Part shown: one piece after another, positions 38,601 through 49,500 of the stretch
How the letters are laid out: every line of letters begins with the position of its first letter
How positions within the stretch are numbered: the first letter of the stretch is position 1
Virus record (IMG/VR): IMGVR_UViG_3300046170_000323
DNA from: a virus
Taxonomy: Duplodnaviria; Caudoviricetes
Reading direction: 5' to 3' (one strand)
DNA: 64,000 nt
Made by a program: the position numbers and the translations under genes
Notes under the pieces: generated by a model
Database searches by the model: none
Told to the model about the DNA's origin: nothing
The model's input: the letters and a program-made list of their open reading frames with translations, nothing else

Positions 38601-41600
38601 GCATCGTTGTCGAGTTCTGCCGCACCAATGTTACGTAGAATAGTTCCGTTAAATTCAAGAATACCATTATTTGAAGAAACTGATGTACTATCCCATACCA
38701 TCTCATTGACATTGTCTTTGAGATACATTGCATTTTCAACAAAGAAGTTGTAAACGTTTGAGTTTGCAGCAGGGTTGATTACGAATGATGTGTCTTGCGT
38801 ATCTGCAAAACCACCAGCAATCAACGCACCAGTGATTGTGAAGTCACCAGTTGTACGGTTTGCCTTCGCAAAGTAATTTAAGGAATTGTCAACAAATCCG
38901 ATTTCACCACCAGACGCATAGATGAAAGACTTATCTGTTTCCAGAGGCCCATCTGACATCTCAAGGAATGAGTTGGGTGCACCATAACCAAGAATAAGGT
39001 TTTTGATACGAGAAGTTTCGAATGGGTTAAGATAATAATCTGTGTTCGCAGAGTCTGCAAATGATGCCGCAACCAGAACTCCTGTACCCTCAACTGCACC
39101 ATCTAACCTATAGTAAAGGTTATCTGTGTTCGCAGTCGCAAGATCTGCAACGTGTCCGTATTGATCGAAGGACATGTTCTGAATAAAGTTGCCACCAAAG
39201 TTCGCAGTGTTCGCAACAGTAGACGTATCGTTGTGATAAATTCTTGCAGTCGCCAAAGGAGTTGGTGCGTTATTACCTGTCTGACCATTGTCAACAAGGA
39301 CACCATCGTTACCTGCAATTACACGTGAAACTGTATTCGCAACAAGATCGACTTCGAACAAGTCGCCACCATCGTTGTGAGTAATTACAACACCGTTGTG
39401 AAGACCTGCATTGAAACCATCTGTGAACATCAAACCGATGATGTCACGAGAGGTCTCTGTAAAGTCTGGAATAGCGTTCGCTTGAAGTTCTACTGGAATC
39501 TCTGTCGCAAAGTCAACACGTCCATCTGGTGTGATACGAATACGAGGTGAGAACCCATCGTTACCGTACATACCTGCTTGGACACCAGTGTTTGCAACTG
39601 CCAGTTCCATCTCATTGTCAGTTTCATCAACGCCTTTAAGTTCAAGACCTTGTCCAAGAGTAATCTGAGGATCTTCAAGGATTGCAAAGTTAGATGAGTT
39701 TGCACCATCGATGATTGTTAGTGTGGATGCAAAACCACCATTCTCCAAATAATTTAAAGTAACTGCATCTTGGGGGTTGACAGGGTCAGCAACTTGCGAT
39801 ATAATAGTGTTACCCACTAAAAGATTACCACTAGGTACTATCTCTAAATCAGTATCAGCGCCAGGCGTTGTGATCATACCATTCGCTTCGATAGTCAGTC
39901 TGTTCGCATTCTGAGTGAAGAACTGGATCTGATCGTTATCTGCGTTTGGAGATGATTCCGCAATAATCTTTGTATCTTGGTCAACGTCAATAACAGAACC
40001 TGCTAGTCCTGACCAGATACTACCATCATAACCTTCGAAACGTGAATCAGTTGTATTGAACCTGATCATGCCAGGCGCAGGTGGAGATGGTCTCTGATAA
40101 GTCGCACCGTTTGGTAGTTTTATCGCACCAAGTTGATTGAAGTAAGAAACTTCCCCTGCACCAAGAATAGTATCAGTGTTGATAGTTAAGGAACCATCAA
40201 TTATAGTGTTACCGTTATCATAGTCAACAGTAAATTTATTCTGAGCGTGACCAAAGGTAAGGTTACCAGTATTGGCGAGGTTTAACCTTAGTGTACCACC
40301 AGTAAAGAATTCTAGTTCATCATTGTCTGCACCAGAAGAAGATTCTGCACGAACAAATGTATCCTGATCAGCATCAACTGTTCCACCAAGTCCAGTCCAC
40401 ACATTACCATTATACGCCTCAAATCTTGAGTCCGTAATATTGTAACGAATCATACCTTGTTGTGGAGTGGTTCTTTGATCTGTTGTACCAGCAGGGATGA
40501 CAAATCCACCAGTGGAGTCAATCGTAACAGTGTTAGATGTAATGACAAGATCTTCAAGATCTAAAGAAGTGATAGACTCTAATGTGACATTTGAATTTAA
40601 AGCAAATTCTCTATCATCAATCAGTGTGAGATCTTTACCTGCAGAGAGGTTACCGCCACCAAAGAACTGTTGATATACAACATCGTCTTGGTCAATAACA
40701 AAAGTTTCTGCATCAACAACAGTTGCAACGAAACCTTTATCTCTGTTTGTTGTACCATCTGTAACAAATTCAAACGAGCCTGGCAACTCATTACTATCAT
40801 CTTCAAAAATATTTCTTTGAATTACCCAGTTGACAAATTGATTACCAACTGTTAGAATATCATATGTACCGTTTTCTAATGGATTAGTCTGATCTTTTAC
40901 AAGTAGACTATCTCCTTTAGACCAGATTACAACATCATCGATATTGAGTTGTGTTGCTGGATCCAGTGTGATTGTCGCACCATAGGTGGTGTTACCCGAA
41001 TCAAACGTCCCACCAAGATCTGCAGTTGTTGCAGCCTTGACAGACTTCGAACGAGATACAATCTCTGCAACCGCATCAACGTACCGTTTGTTAGCTCCAT
41101 CATTTGGATCGATTGGATCTCCAACAAAGAGAAGACCTGTTTCCAATGCAAGGATTTCTAAGTCGACATATTCTTTTGTCGTTGGCGCAGAGTTAGATGT
41201 CGGAGTTGGAAGATCAACAACTTCATTGCCTCCGAAGGTAATGAAACCATTCGATGCAACATCAAGAAGTAGATTTGATGGGGATGCAATTGTTGTGTTT
41301 GCAATCGTAAGATCACCAACACCAATCTCTGTCAATCCACTAAGAACGGCAGTGTTATCACTGTTCTGAAGAATAAGATCACCAATCTGAATTGGATTGG
41401 CGGTAATTACTCCATTAGAATTTGTAAAGTTCTGAGGATCGAATGATAGACTACTTAATAGATCTACGTGACCAAACTCATCAATACCAACGTTCTGAAC
41501 GAACCCTAGTATATCGTTATTTGTACTAAGTTCTGAAGATGTGTTTGCGTGAGCAAGAATGATATTAGAAGTTTCAAGGTTGCGAGTATTCGCATCCTCA

Positions 41601-41770
41601 GGCGTAATAATAAGACCATTTCCTGATATACCGAGCGTGGCAACGTATTCGCCAACGGTATCAATACCGAGCGTAACTGAATCTGGAGTTATGAGGGGTT
41701 TCTTTTCGCCTTCTAGAACTGTCGTAACAGATCTTTGTGGTGATGAACCGACTACGACTTTAATTGCCAT
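35693..41770 (-). CDS. Large tail-fibre/whisker-like structural protein (2025 aa)
   Basis: Repeats G(T/V)YGS(A/S)(S/T)(Q/E)IP..TxxxDGR..ANT.AVAG (x3 plus one variant), GMIR(Y/F)N.TDSRFE.Y.G..W.GL (x2); C-terminal beta-sandwich typical of fibre adaptors. Confidence 0.8.
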   Translation of the reverse strand: MAIKVVVGSSPQRSVTTVLEGEKKPLITPDSVTLGIDTVGEYVATLGISGNGLIITPEDANTRNLETSNIILAHANTSSELSTNNDILGFVQNVGIDEFGHVDLLSSLSFDPQNFTNSNGVITANPIQIGDLILQNSDNTAVLSGLTEIGVGDLTIANTTIASPSNLLLDVASNGFITFGGNEVVDLPTPTSNSAPTTKEYVDLEILALETGLLFVGDPIDPNDGANKRYVDAVAEIVSRSKSVKAATTADLGGTFDSGNTTYGATITLDPATQLNIDDVVIWSKGDSLLVKDQTNPLENGTYDILTVGNQFVNWVIQRNIFEDDSNELPGSFEFVTDGTTNRDKGFVATVVDAETFVIDQDDVVYQQFFGGGNLSAGKDLTLIDDREFALNSNVTLESITSLDLEDLVITSNTVTIDSTGGFVIPAGTTDQRTTPQQGMIRYNITDSRFEAYNGNVWTGLGGTVDADQDTFVRAESSSGADNDELEFFTGGTLRLNLANTGNLTFGHAQNKFTVDYDNGNTIIDGSLTINTDTILGAGEVSYFNQLGAIKLPNGATYQRPSPPAPGMIRFNTTDSRFEGYDGSIWSGLAGSVIDVDQDTKIIAESSPNADNDQIQFFTQNANRLTIEANGMITTPGADTDLEIVPSGNLLVGNTIISQVADPVNPQDAVTLNYLENGGFASTLTIIDGANSSNFAILEDPQITLGQGLELKGVDETDNEMELAVANTGVQAGMYGNDGFSPRIRITPDGRVDFATEIPVELQANAIPDFTETSRDIIGLMFTDGFNAGLHNGVVITHNDGGDLFEVDLVANTVSRVIAGNDGVLVDNGQTGNNAPTPLATARIYHNDTSTVANTANFGGNFIQNMSFDQYGHVADLATANTDNLYYRLDGAVEGTGVLVAASFADSANTDYYLNPFETSRIKNLILGYGAPNSFLEMSDGPLETDKSFIYASGGEIGFVDNSLNYFAKANRTTGDFTITGALIAGGFADTQDTSFVINPAANSNVYNFFVENAMYLKDNVNEMVWDSTSVSSNNGILEFNGTILRNIGAAELDNDAVTLGYLNAQLLGGEGISLSNTFTVDANVDDSTLTIINDVIQVKDQGITNQQIFEPFIKLTGETNPVIPESFVTANLTLFDGSNWLVNGSLRDETYSAQSEPELTIYIGDTVNFSVSGANTIALYIKTSETAGSGDQASGVTNQGATGGETLTFVPDTVGTFYYIDGADTNRSGVINVLQQYTPDENVYLGETINFVAGEGINTVVSNNTITISAELATEFASNDNRGVAAFVDTDFVVSNGVVELANTGVTAGTYGSASQIPVLEIDEHGLIRVANTSAVAGVDNMEWNTANNTLTTETGDGSSFHTFINTFGANTFFSDNVGITGSLFVGGLVDGRDIALDGAKLDLLEDGLELTLDGKVTGTATSNTGVMTLTTELANTGVVADTYGSSTEIPIITIDEDGRITLANTAAVAGVDSFSYEPANNTITLVTGDGSEFHLQTQTTVTLDGDVTGTATSSNGSVEITTDISTTGVVAGVYGTASQIPVVTVAADGRITSMSNTAVAGVEDFFYSSGNNTLHLETGDGSEFLARIDLFGETIDGDVSFNGDMSVNGDITATGNVSVGETLTVNGTEVLVTNTEILEGIKTVDGAGSSLDADLLDGLHASDILAQAANTATGSIGNGTIDIDTGDGLSGSGTFNLNDFTNTSITFAHSNTSGVVDVSLASGRVLTGLTFDQFGHVQTHANVDLDGRYYTETELDNGALDSLYFNVTGDTVTGNSVFEENVDIDGNLVVDGTINRDPRITLNGFVNGFTDLVNLANGSMTTSTDTEILVGDGLTGGGSINANVTISHADTSAVANVAGVAEKEVLNEISFDEFGHVVAANTKTLEFISQAEADARYVNEDGDVMTGNLEVQAVISQEHSAFFNATLTTTATSSQILFSFDETAYCGGEVVITATRGINRHITKMMIAHNGTTLNATEFATVTTSVEFADYDVLLQSGEGRIYCTPDATTSTEFKVFATLIKA

Positions 41771-41771
41771 C

Positions 41772-42107
41772 TTAGACCTCTGTAATTGTATCTACGATAA
41801 AGGCAAGTCCCTCAAGTATCTTCGACATTTCTCCAGATTGTTTTCGCATTAGTACATCATATTGGTATTTCCCTGGCTTCAAAGATTGTGTTTGAACATC
41901 AGTAAGGACGAGCGTTATTGTTGCTGTCGCCAGATCCTTTTCGATAGTAAAACTAGTAAGCGGGCTGCCTGTCGTGTATATTTTTTTAATGTCAGCGAAG
42001 AAATCGAGTACAGATATCGCTAACGGATCGTCGTCGCCGTCAAACAAGTTTAAGTCGACACGAAAATCTGTACCTTGGTCTATATAAATGTTTGCTTGAG
42101 TGGCCAT
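41772..42107 (-). CDS. Small Ig-like/BppU-N-like structural protein
   Basis: NIYIDQGTDF...LTDVQTQSLKPGKYQYDV...KILEG. Confidence 0.65.
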   Translation of the reverse strand: MATQANIYIDQGTDFRVDLNLFDGDDDPLAISVLDFFADIKKIYTTGSPLTSFTIEKDLATATITLVLTDVQTQSLKPGKYQYDVLMRKQSGEMSKILEGLAFIVDTITEV

Positions 42108-42127
42108 CTACGTTCTCTTTTTTCTTT

Positions 42128-42135
42128 TATTTATA
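42128..42135 (-). promoter_or_regulatory. T4-type late promoter
   Basis: TATAAATA upstream of 41772..42107. Confidence 0.8.
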
Positions 42136-42151
42136 TAACGCACTCAAAACA

Positions 42152-45100
42152 TTAAGTACCCCACACAACAGTCCCTGCGGCATTTCTGATAATCAATGTT
42201 CTGTTTGATGGATCCTGATGGGAACCAATGAGTGCACCCGCTGCATATACATTACCATCTGCAGAGATATTTTCGATATACATCTGATCGGCATTAGTAT
42301 TATAGAAGAAGTTCTGTTGTCCACCAGAGTTCGGGCCAAGTGTACCATACAGATCTCTCTGTCCAGAACCACCCGCCACAAACGTGACAAACATGTTAGA
42401 CGCTTCCAGTCCACTACCATAGATGTTCTGAACATCAATAGTTGCAGCAGAGTTGCCTGGCCCAGCAGGGCCTTGCAGACCGTCTGAACCTTGGAGACCG
42501 ATGAGACCTTGTTCACCTTGGATCCCCTGTTCACCCTGCATGAATTCACCTTGGATACCCTGTATACCAAGATCACCTTGTGGGCCTTGAATACCTTGGA
42601 CACCCTGTTGACCATCATTACCTGTACCGATTCCACCTTGGACGCCAGGCCCACCTTGGACACCTTGATAACCCTGTGCACCTTGCGCCCCTGCACCTGC
42701 AGGGCCTTGAACTGGTTCACCAGCCTCACCTTGGAATCCTCTGAAACCTTGCAGACCGTCTGAACCAGAGCCTGGGATACCTTGAACACCACCTTCACCT
42801 TGTGGGCCTTGGAAACCTCTAGGGCCTTGGACACCGCCTCCACCAGTAATCGCTTCACCTTGGAATCCACGGAAACCTTGGACACCCTGATTACCTTGAA
42901 GACCTTCTTCACCAATGCCTGGCGGGCCTTGCATACCTTGTGGGCCTTGTGCACCTTGTGCAGTACTATCCGAACCATCAGCACCCTGTGGGCCTTGAAC
43001 ACCCTGCACACCCTGTACACCAGAACCACCGATAAATCCAGCAGTACCTTGGAATCCTTGTGGGCCCTTGAGGGCCTTGTACACCTTGGTTACCAACGTT
43101 ACCAAATCCAGTTCCACCTTGGAAACCCTGAGTACCCTGAGTACCTTGGATACCCTGTGAGCCGGGCGGGCCAGGCAAACCACCTGAACCTTGCGCAGTT
43201 GGGCCTTGAGCACCCTGCATACCTTGGACACCCTGTGAACCAAATCCACCTTGAATACCTTGTGCGCCTTCACCAGCAATACCCTGATTACCTTGAACGC
43301 CTTGGATACCTTGTACACCCTGAGAACCTGCACCAGATGCACCTTGGAAACCTGATCCACCTTGGAAACCGTCAGCACCCTGTGGGCCTTGAATACCCTG
43401 TGCTCCAGTTCCTGTTGAACCCTGTGTACCTAAGTCACCTTGTATACCTTGAATACCCTGCGTACCTTGGTTTCCGATACCTTGAACACCTTGGATACCC
43501 TGATTACCTGCAGTTCCTTGGAATCCGCCAGTACCTTGCGCACCCTGTACGCCTGCACCTGTAGAACCTGCACGAGCAAATGTGACAACGATGTCTGCGT
43601 TGTCTGCAAAGTTTGCACCTGCACCAGTCAGATAATTAACTTCGAACTTCCAGTATCCACCACCATCTGTAATGTCTTCATAATCGAAGACAAAGAAGTT
43701 AGTAGGATCTGCCTTTGATTTAACAACCAAAGAACCTTTGACAAGTCCAGTTACCGTATCAAGTGATGCATAGTAAGTGTCTAAATTTACGAAGTTATCA
43801 TCACGTTCGTCGATATAAATTTCTGTAACATTAGTGAATGTTGAACTATTGAAACGAATATCACCGACTGCAGTGTTAATCTCAGTCGTACCTGCGCCAT
43901 CGAATGTGTAGTCAAATGTTGCACCACCGAAGGAACCCGAATCACCTTGGAAACCAAGATCACCCTGTACACCTTGTGGGCCTTGAACACCTTGAGGGCC
44001 AAGATCAGAAATATTAATTGTTCCACCCATACCAGAATGGAGAGAACACTGGTAGAAGATCTGATCTGGTGCGTTATACGCAACCCTAATTGTTACTAGA
44101 CCAACTGCAGCACCGTTATTCGTGACACCTTGCGTATACTGGTTACCTGTACCAAGTGTACGTGAAGTCTTAAGATAGAATGGATGTCCAGACGCATTTA
44201 CATCAAATGTATATGTGAAACCTCTCAACAACTGTAGTGTTGGGTTGTCTTGTCCATCAACCGTGTATGCAATGTTACCATTATTGGTTACTTCAAATAC
44301 ACGAGATCCCTCTTGACCTTGGATACCTTGAATGCCTTGGAAACCTTGAATACCAAGTGTACCCTGTGGGCCTTGAACACCTTGAATGGCTTCCCCTTGA
44401 ATACCTTGGAATCCTTGGAACCCCTGAATACCCTGAGCGCCTTGAGATCCTTGGAATCCTTGAGATCCTTGTGTGCCTTGGAAACCAAGATCACCTTGAA
44501 CACCTTGAATACCTGTTGGGCCAACTGGGCCAGAAGGCATGAATGAAATGATTGCAGTGTCACCATAACGGGCAGTTGCATCATCCCAAGAAACTGTGTT
44601 TGCACCACCAGAACCTAAAAGAGATTTTTCAATAAATGTAACATCAAACCAACCGTTGTCTTCTTGACCAGCACCACCTGCCCATGTCCAATCATCGATT
44701 TGATAGAGTAGGAATTCAAAGTCATTGTTAGTTGTATCACGAGGCGTTCTGATCATCATCTGACCTTTTGGAACGCCTGGATTTGAATCTATGTAATTGA
44801 ATAGATCGTCAATACGTCTATTACTATCAGATGGTTTATCGTCGAACCAGATTTTGTCAACAGCGTAAACATCTGTAGAAGAGTTTGTACTTCCAGAGAC
44901 CAACGCAAAATACCCAACGCCAGGGAATACATCCCCAGATGTTGAGTTGTTGATCCACTCGAATGTTAGACCACCGTAATAACCTTCAAGGCCTTGTACA
45001 CCCTGTGTTCCTTGAGGCCCTTGAAGACCCTGCAAACCAGTGTCACCAGTTCCACCTTGTGTACCTTGAACGCCTTGATTTCCTTGAAAACCTTTTGTGC

Positions 45101-46052
45101 CTTGTGGGCCTTGTACGCCTTGAGTACCCTGATCACCTTGCAGACCTTGAGTACCTTGTACTCCCTGCGGGCCTTGTTGACCTTGGATACCTTGAATCGC
45201 CTCACCTTGCCAACCTTGCGTACCTTGTACACCTTGGAATGCCTGTGGGCCTTGTGTACCCTGTACACCTTGAAGTCCCTGAGTACCTTGAGGGCCTTGA
45301 GGGCCTTGCACACCCTGACCTGCGAATGCACCGTCTGTACCTTGAACACCTTGGAACCCTTGAGTTCCCTGTGGGCCTTGAGTCCCTTGAACGCCCTGCG
45401 TTCCTTGCGGGCCTTGTGGGCCTTGCAATCCTTGAGTACCCTGATCACCCTGTAATCCTTGGGTTCCCTGCATACCTTGTACGCCCTGATAACCACGATC
45501 TCCTTGAATACCTTGGAAACCCTGAGTACCTTGTGCGCCCTGCACACCTTGGAAACCTCTAAATCCTCTGAAACCTTGGACACCTTTAGCGCCAAGATCA
45601 CCTTGCACACCCTGTGTGCCTTGTACGCCTTGGAAACCTTGTACACCTCTAAATGTACCAATGTTAATCCAGTTTACACCGTCATAAATCCATAGTTCTT
45701 CGTCTGCGTCATCAATGACACCGTCACCGACACTTGCAGAACCAAACGCAGCATTAAGAGTTGCCTGTGGATCTCCACCCGAATCTACATCTGGTACAGA
45801 ACCAATGATTGTAAATCCTGGCCCATATTCACCTTGAATACCTTGGAGTCCATCTGGGCCTTGAAAACCTGTGGTTCCTTGAGCACCTGAAACTGGTATC
45901 CATGACGTTCCATCCGAATAACGGATTTCGTCGGTAATCGTGTAAATTACCGAACCTTTAAACGCAGCAGGATCTAACTGCGCTGGATCTTGTGGGATAC
46001 CATTACCAATCGAAAATCCACGATTAGTAAAAGTGCGAAACCTAGTCGACAT
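42152..46052 (-). CDS. Collagen-like fibre with cupredoxin-like and other globular domains (~1299 aa after removing one extra base at 43065-43067)
   Basis: Long G-X-Q triplet tracts; ORFs 42978..46052 and 42152..43378 fuse in frame as QGPQGPQGFQG. Confidence 0.85.
42480..45900 (-). repeat. Collagen G-X-Q nucleotide repeats in several blocks
   Basis: 9-nt periodic CAAGGT/ACCTTG units separated by unique globular-domain sequence. Confidence 0.9.
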
Positions 46053-46497
46053 CGTATTCCTCCGCCTGGCCTACCGTATATGACAACGTTGCAGTAATTG
46101 CAAGGTTTGCACTACAACGTGCTTGCATGATATCACCAGAAGCGAAGAACTGTCCGTTAATTGGAATTGGGATTGTGTCATAAGCAGGTACAGGTAAATT
46201 TTTAATTAAATCATAAGTTATCGAATTACTGATTCTATAAATTTCAACATCAACTGTCGCAGTAGCGTTTGTGGTGTTGCATAAAATGAGTGGGGAAATA
46301 ACTTCCCCGATGCCAGGCTCAATTGTTTCACTACCCCCGAAAACAAGTTCGGGAACTCTGAACTGTGGTACAGTAATAACTTCATCAAACTCTGTAGTTA
46401 ATACAGCGTTAAATCCAATTGGCAAAGCATCTGGTGCCTGTGATGTTACGATCACAGTAATCCCAGTGTTTGCATCTTCATATTGTGAGTATGCCAT
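46042..46497 (-). CDS. Small structural protein
   Basis: 151-aa beta-rich ORF within the late operon, AAGGA RBS. Confidence 0.7.
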   Translation of the reverse strand: MAYSQYEDANTGITVIVTSQAPDALPIGFNAVLTTEFDEVITVPQFRVPELVFGGSETIEPGIGEVISPLILCNTTNATATVDVEIYRISNSITYDLIKNLPVPAYDTIPIPINGQFFASGDIMQARCSANLAITATLSYTVGQAEEYDVD

Positions 46498-46509
46498 GTT
46501 TCTTTCCTT

Positions 46510-49500
46510 TTATACTACAGCTGCTCTACTGTTCGAAGCACGTCTTGCGAGTTTACGAACAGATGAGGTAAATGGTCTTCCTTCGATTCGACCTGTTCTA
46601 CCGTTAATTCTCAAACCTCTTGCGAAGTACTGGTTATTCAATTCGTCTGCACCAGACCATCTTACACGACCACCATCTTCAGAGAGAACCGAAGAAATCG
46701 CAGACGTTGCAGGCCCAAGGTTTCTAAAGTTCAGTGGCAACGCAGTTCTGTTAACACCTGCAGCACCACCGTTAAACTGGTGAGCAATTGATTCAACAAG
46801 TGAACCGAATGTTAACACGTCTGGTCTTAGGACGTTACCTTTCAAACAATCATCAAACAGAGCAGTGATAAATGCACTGTGTGCTCCATCTGGTGAATAG
46901 TTCGCAATAATAAAGTCTCTCATACGATCCCATGTTTTATAGAACGCATATAGAAGATCAGTATTATTTTGACCGTCATCAACCCATGCTCCACCGTTCC
47001 AATAGTATATAGTTCCTTGGTAGAAGTTTATATTTGCATCATCAGAAACGATCCACGCCATATTTGGTTTCAGAGTAAGGTTTGGATCTGACTGCAACGC
47101 ATTACGTGCAGAGATATCCGCCACTGTACCCATGAATCTCAACCCAGGCGTTGTTGCATTGAATACTGGGAATACCTGTTGACCTTTTTGATCGAAGAAC
47201 GATTGTGAGAAAGTTCTTGTCGCTTTAGTCGAACCTTGTTGTCCTGTATTCGGGTTAGTAAACTTGATGTCGTTGACGATAGTCTGCAACAAGTTACCTG
47301 CATCACGTCTTGTCAAGTTAATATCAACAAAGTTATAAGTTGCGTTAACAAATCTTACAACATCATACTGCAGAGGCCCACGTTTCTTCAGAATTACTTC
47401 TTTTGCATCTCTAAATGGTTTTTCAACCCAATCATAATTTGGTTCAATAAGTGTTTGTAGTTCTTTTGTATCTTTATTTATCTGAGTTAGATAGAACATA
47501 TTGGCGAGACCTTCAACTTTATTGGCCTCTACTTCAGTTGCAGTATCATACTTGAGTGACTGACCTTTGTAATCACCTGTAACGATCTTCTTACAAATTC
47601 TACCTAGTTCACGATAGGACTTCGCAGTCGCTTCACGTTGATCTTCTGGGATACGATATACTGAGTTCCAGAAGTAGAAGTCTGCGTTCCAACGAGATGC
47701 ACTGTTACCACCGTAGTTCAAGTCATATGAGAATGCATCTAGTAGGTATCCTACATCACGACGACACTTAGACTTGTTATAGTCAAGTACATTGAACTCA
47801 GTGTTGATGAATTCGATTAACTTGTCTGCGAGTTCTACTTTATTGTCTTCGATAAGTTTGTTCGCACCAACCAAGTCACTTGATACCCATGCAGTATTCG
47901 CTTCCTGTAGGGCAGGGATTGCAGCGACACTATCTTCACGAATCACATCTTCTACGATACCAATCAAGTTAACAACTTCTGTACCCTCAGTTGGAGTCGC
48001 TGGATCACCAGAGATGTCTTGTGCAGTCGTAGTGATAGATGTGTTTGTTGTATCGATCTCTTGAACGATGTTAGACATCAGAAGTTTCATTGTACGATAT
48101 ACATCTGCAGTTTGTCTGCGAGTATCTTCTGGTAGTACAGATACACCGTTTTCGAAGTAGATCTGTGCAGAGATACGAGATGCATAGTTTGTTTCGTACT
48201 GAACATCATGTGATGCAGCATCAACCAAGAAGCCCATATCACGACGACACTTACCACGTGGGAATGATAGTCCATCCCACTCACGAGACACGTAGTCCAC
48301 AACCTTCGTTGCGAGTTCATCAGAGATATCTGAAATCAAGTTCTTAGATGCAATGATGTTACTTGGAACCCATGAAGTGTCTGGTGATACACGGGCAGGA
48401 ATTCCTGATGGATCCTCTGCAAGTGCAGCATCTGCAATCATGTTTGCAAGTTTCATTGCTTCACCCTTAAGATCAGTACGTTCTGGATATACTGCAGGTA
48501 GATGACGGAAGTCTTGTGGTATATGGTTACCAATTACTTGAACAAGAGCGTCAACTTCAGCACTCACAAATGTGTGAGGATAATTACCAGTACCACCAGT
48601 ACCAACATTCATTGTGATCGATGTACGTGTTACACCAGTAATCGGACATGGTTTTCTGAAGTAAGGATGATGTGCAGCGGGTGAGGAGTGGTTTACTGCA
48701 CCACTACCCATGTCGCATGACATTACGATACTTTCATCTGCCATCCAGATTGCATCACCAACTTTTAGTGCGTGTGGGCCAACTTCTGCAGTAAAGATAC
48801 CAGTTAATGGATCGTATGTGGCAGTGGTTGGGGTGAAACGTGCACCAAATCTGTTAGATATAGTTGGTTCAACTGGAAGACGTTGTAAGACTGTCTCCAT
48901 TGTTTTACCAAGATGCATGAATGCACGACGAGTAGGATCACGTTGATCTTTAGGAAGTGTATTGATTGCATTTTCAAAATAGATTTCTGCATTCTTGTGA
49001 GTTGCCCAGTTACCATCGTACTGAAGATCGTGCGAGATACCATCGATGATATAACCCAAATCACGACGACACTTAGACTCACTGTATGCAAGACCATTGT
49101 AGTTATCTGCAATATAAGTGTTGATTGCAGACTGCATTGTTCCTTTTTCTCTTTCGATAATATCATACATGACACCACCAGAAGGATATGTTGACTTGAG
49201 GAAGACACTGTTGTCAACCATTGCAGGTAGACCATCGATACCATCATCTGCAAGAACTGCATTGGCAATGATTTCGATAAGTTCTTCAACCTTAGTACCA
49301 TGTGCAGTGGATGTTGCAGTCAGACCAGAAGTTACTGGATCAAGTGCGTTACCTGCAGTTTTAGATACACCGATAAGTCTTACAATGTTATCTGCCATTG
49401 TTGCGATATGTTGGAATACATCTGCAGTTGGGCCACGTTGATCAGCAGGTAGAACACTTACTGCATTTTCGAAATACAGTCTAGCGTTGTTTACTGTCAT

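Noticed and set aside
42193-45695. Long alternative-frame and antisense ORFs (KVFKVS..., TLDTL...) over the collagen gene
   Set aside because: They are by-products of the 9-nt G-X-Q repeat lacking stops in other frames
42480-45900. Possible CRISPR or tandem DNA repeat array
   Set aside because: Repeats are degenerate codon triplets with no fixed repeat/unique spacer structure
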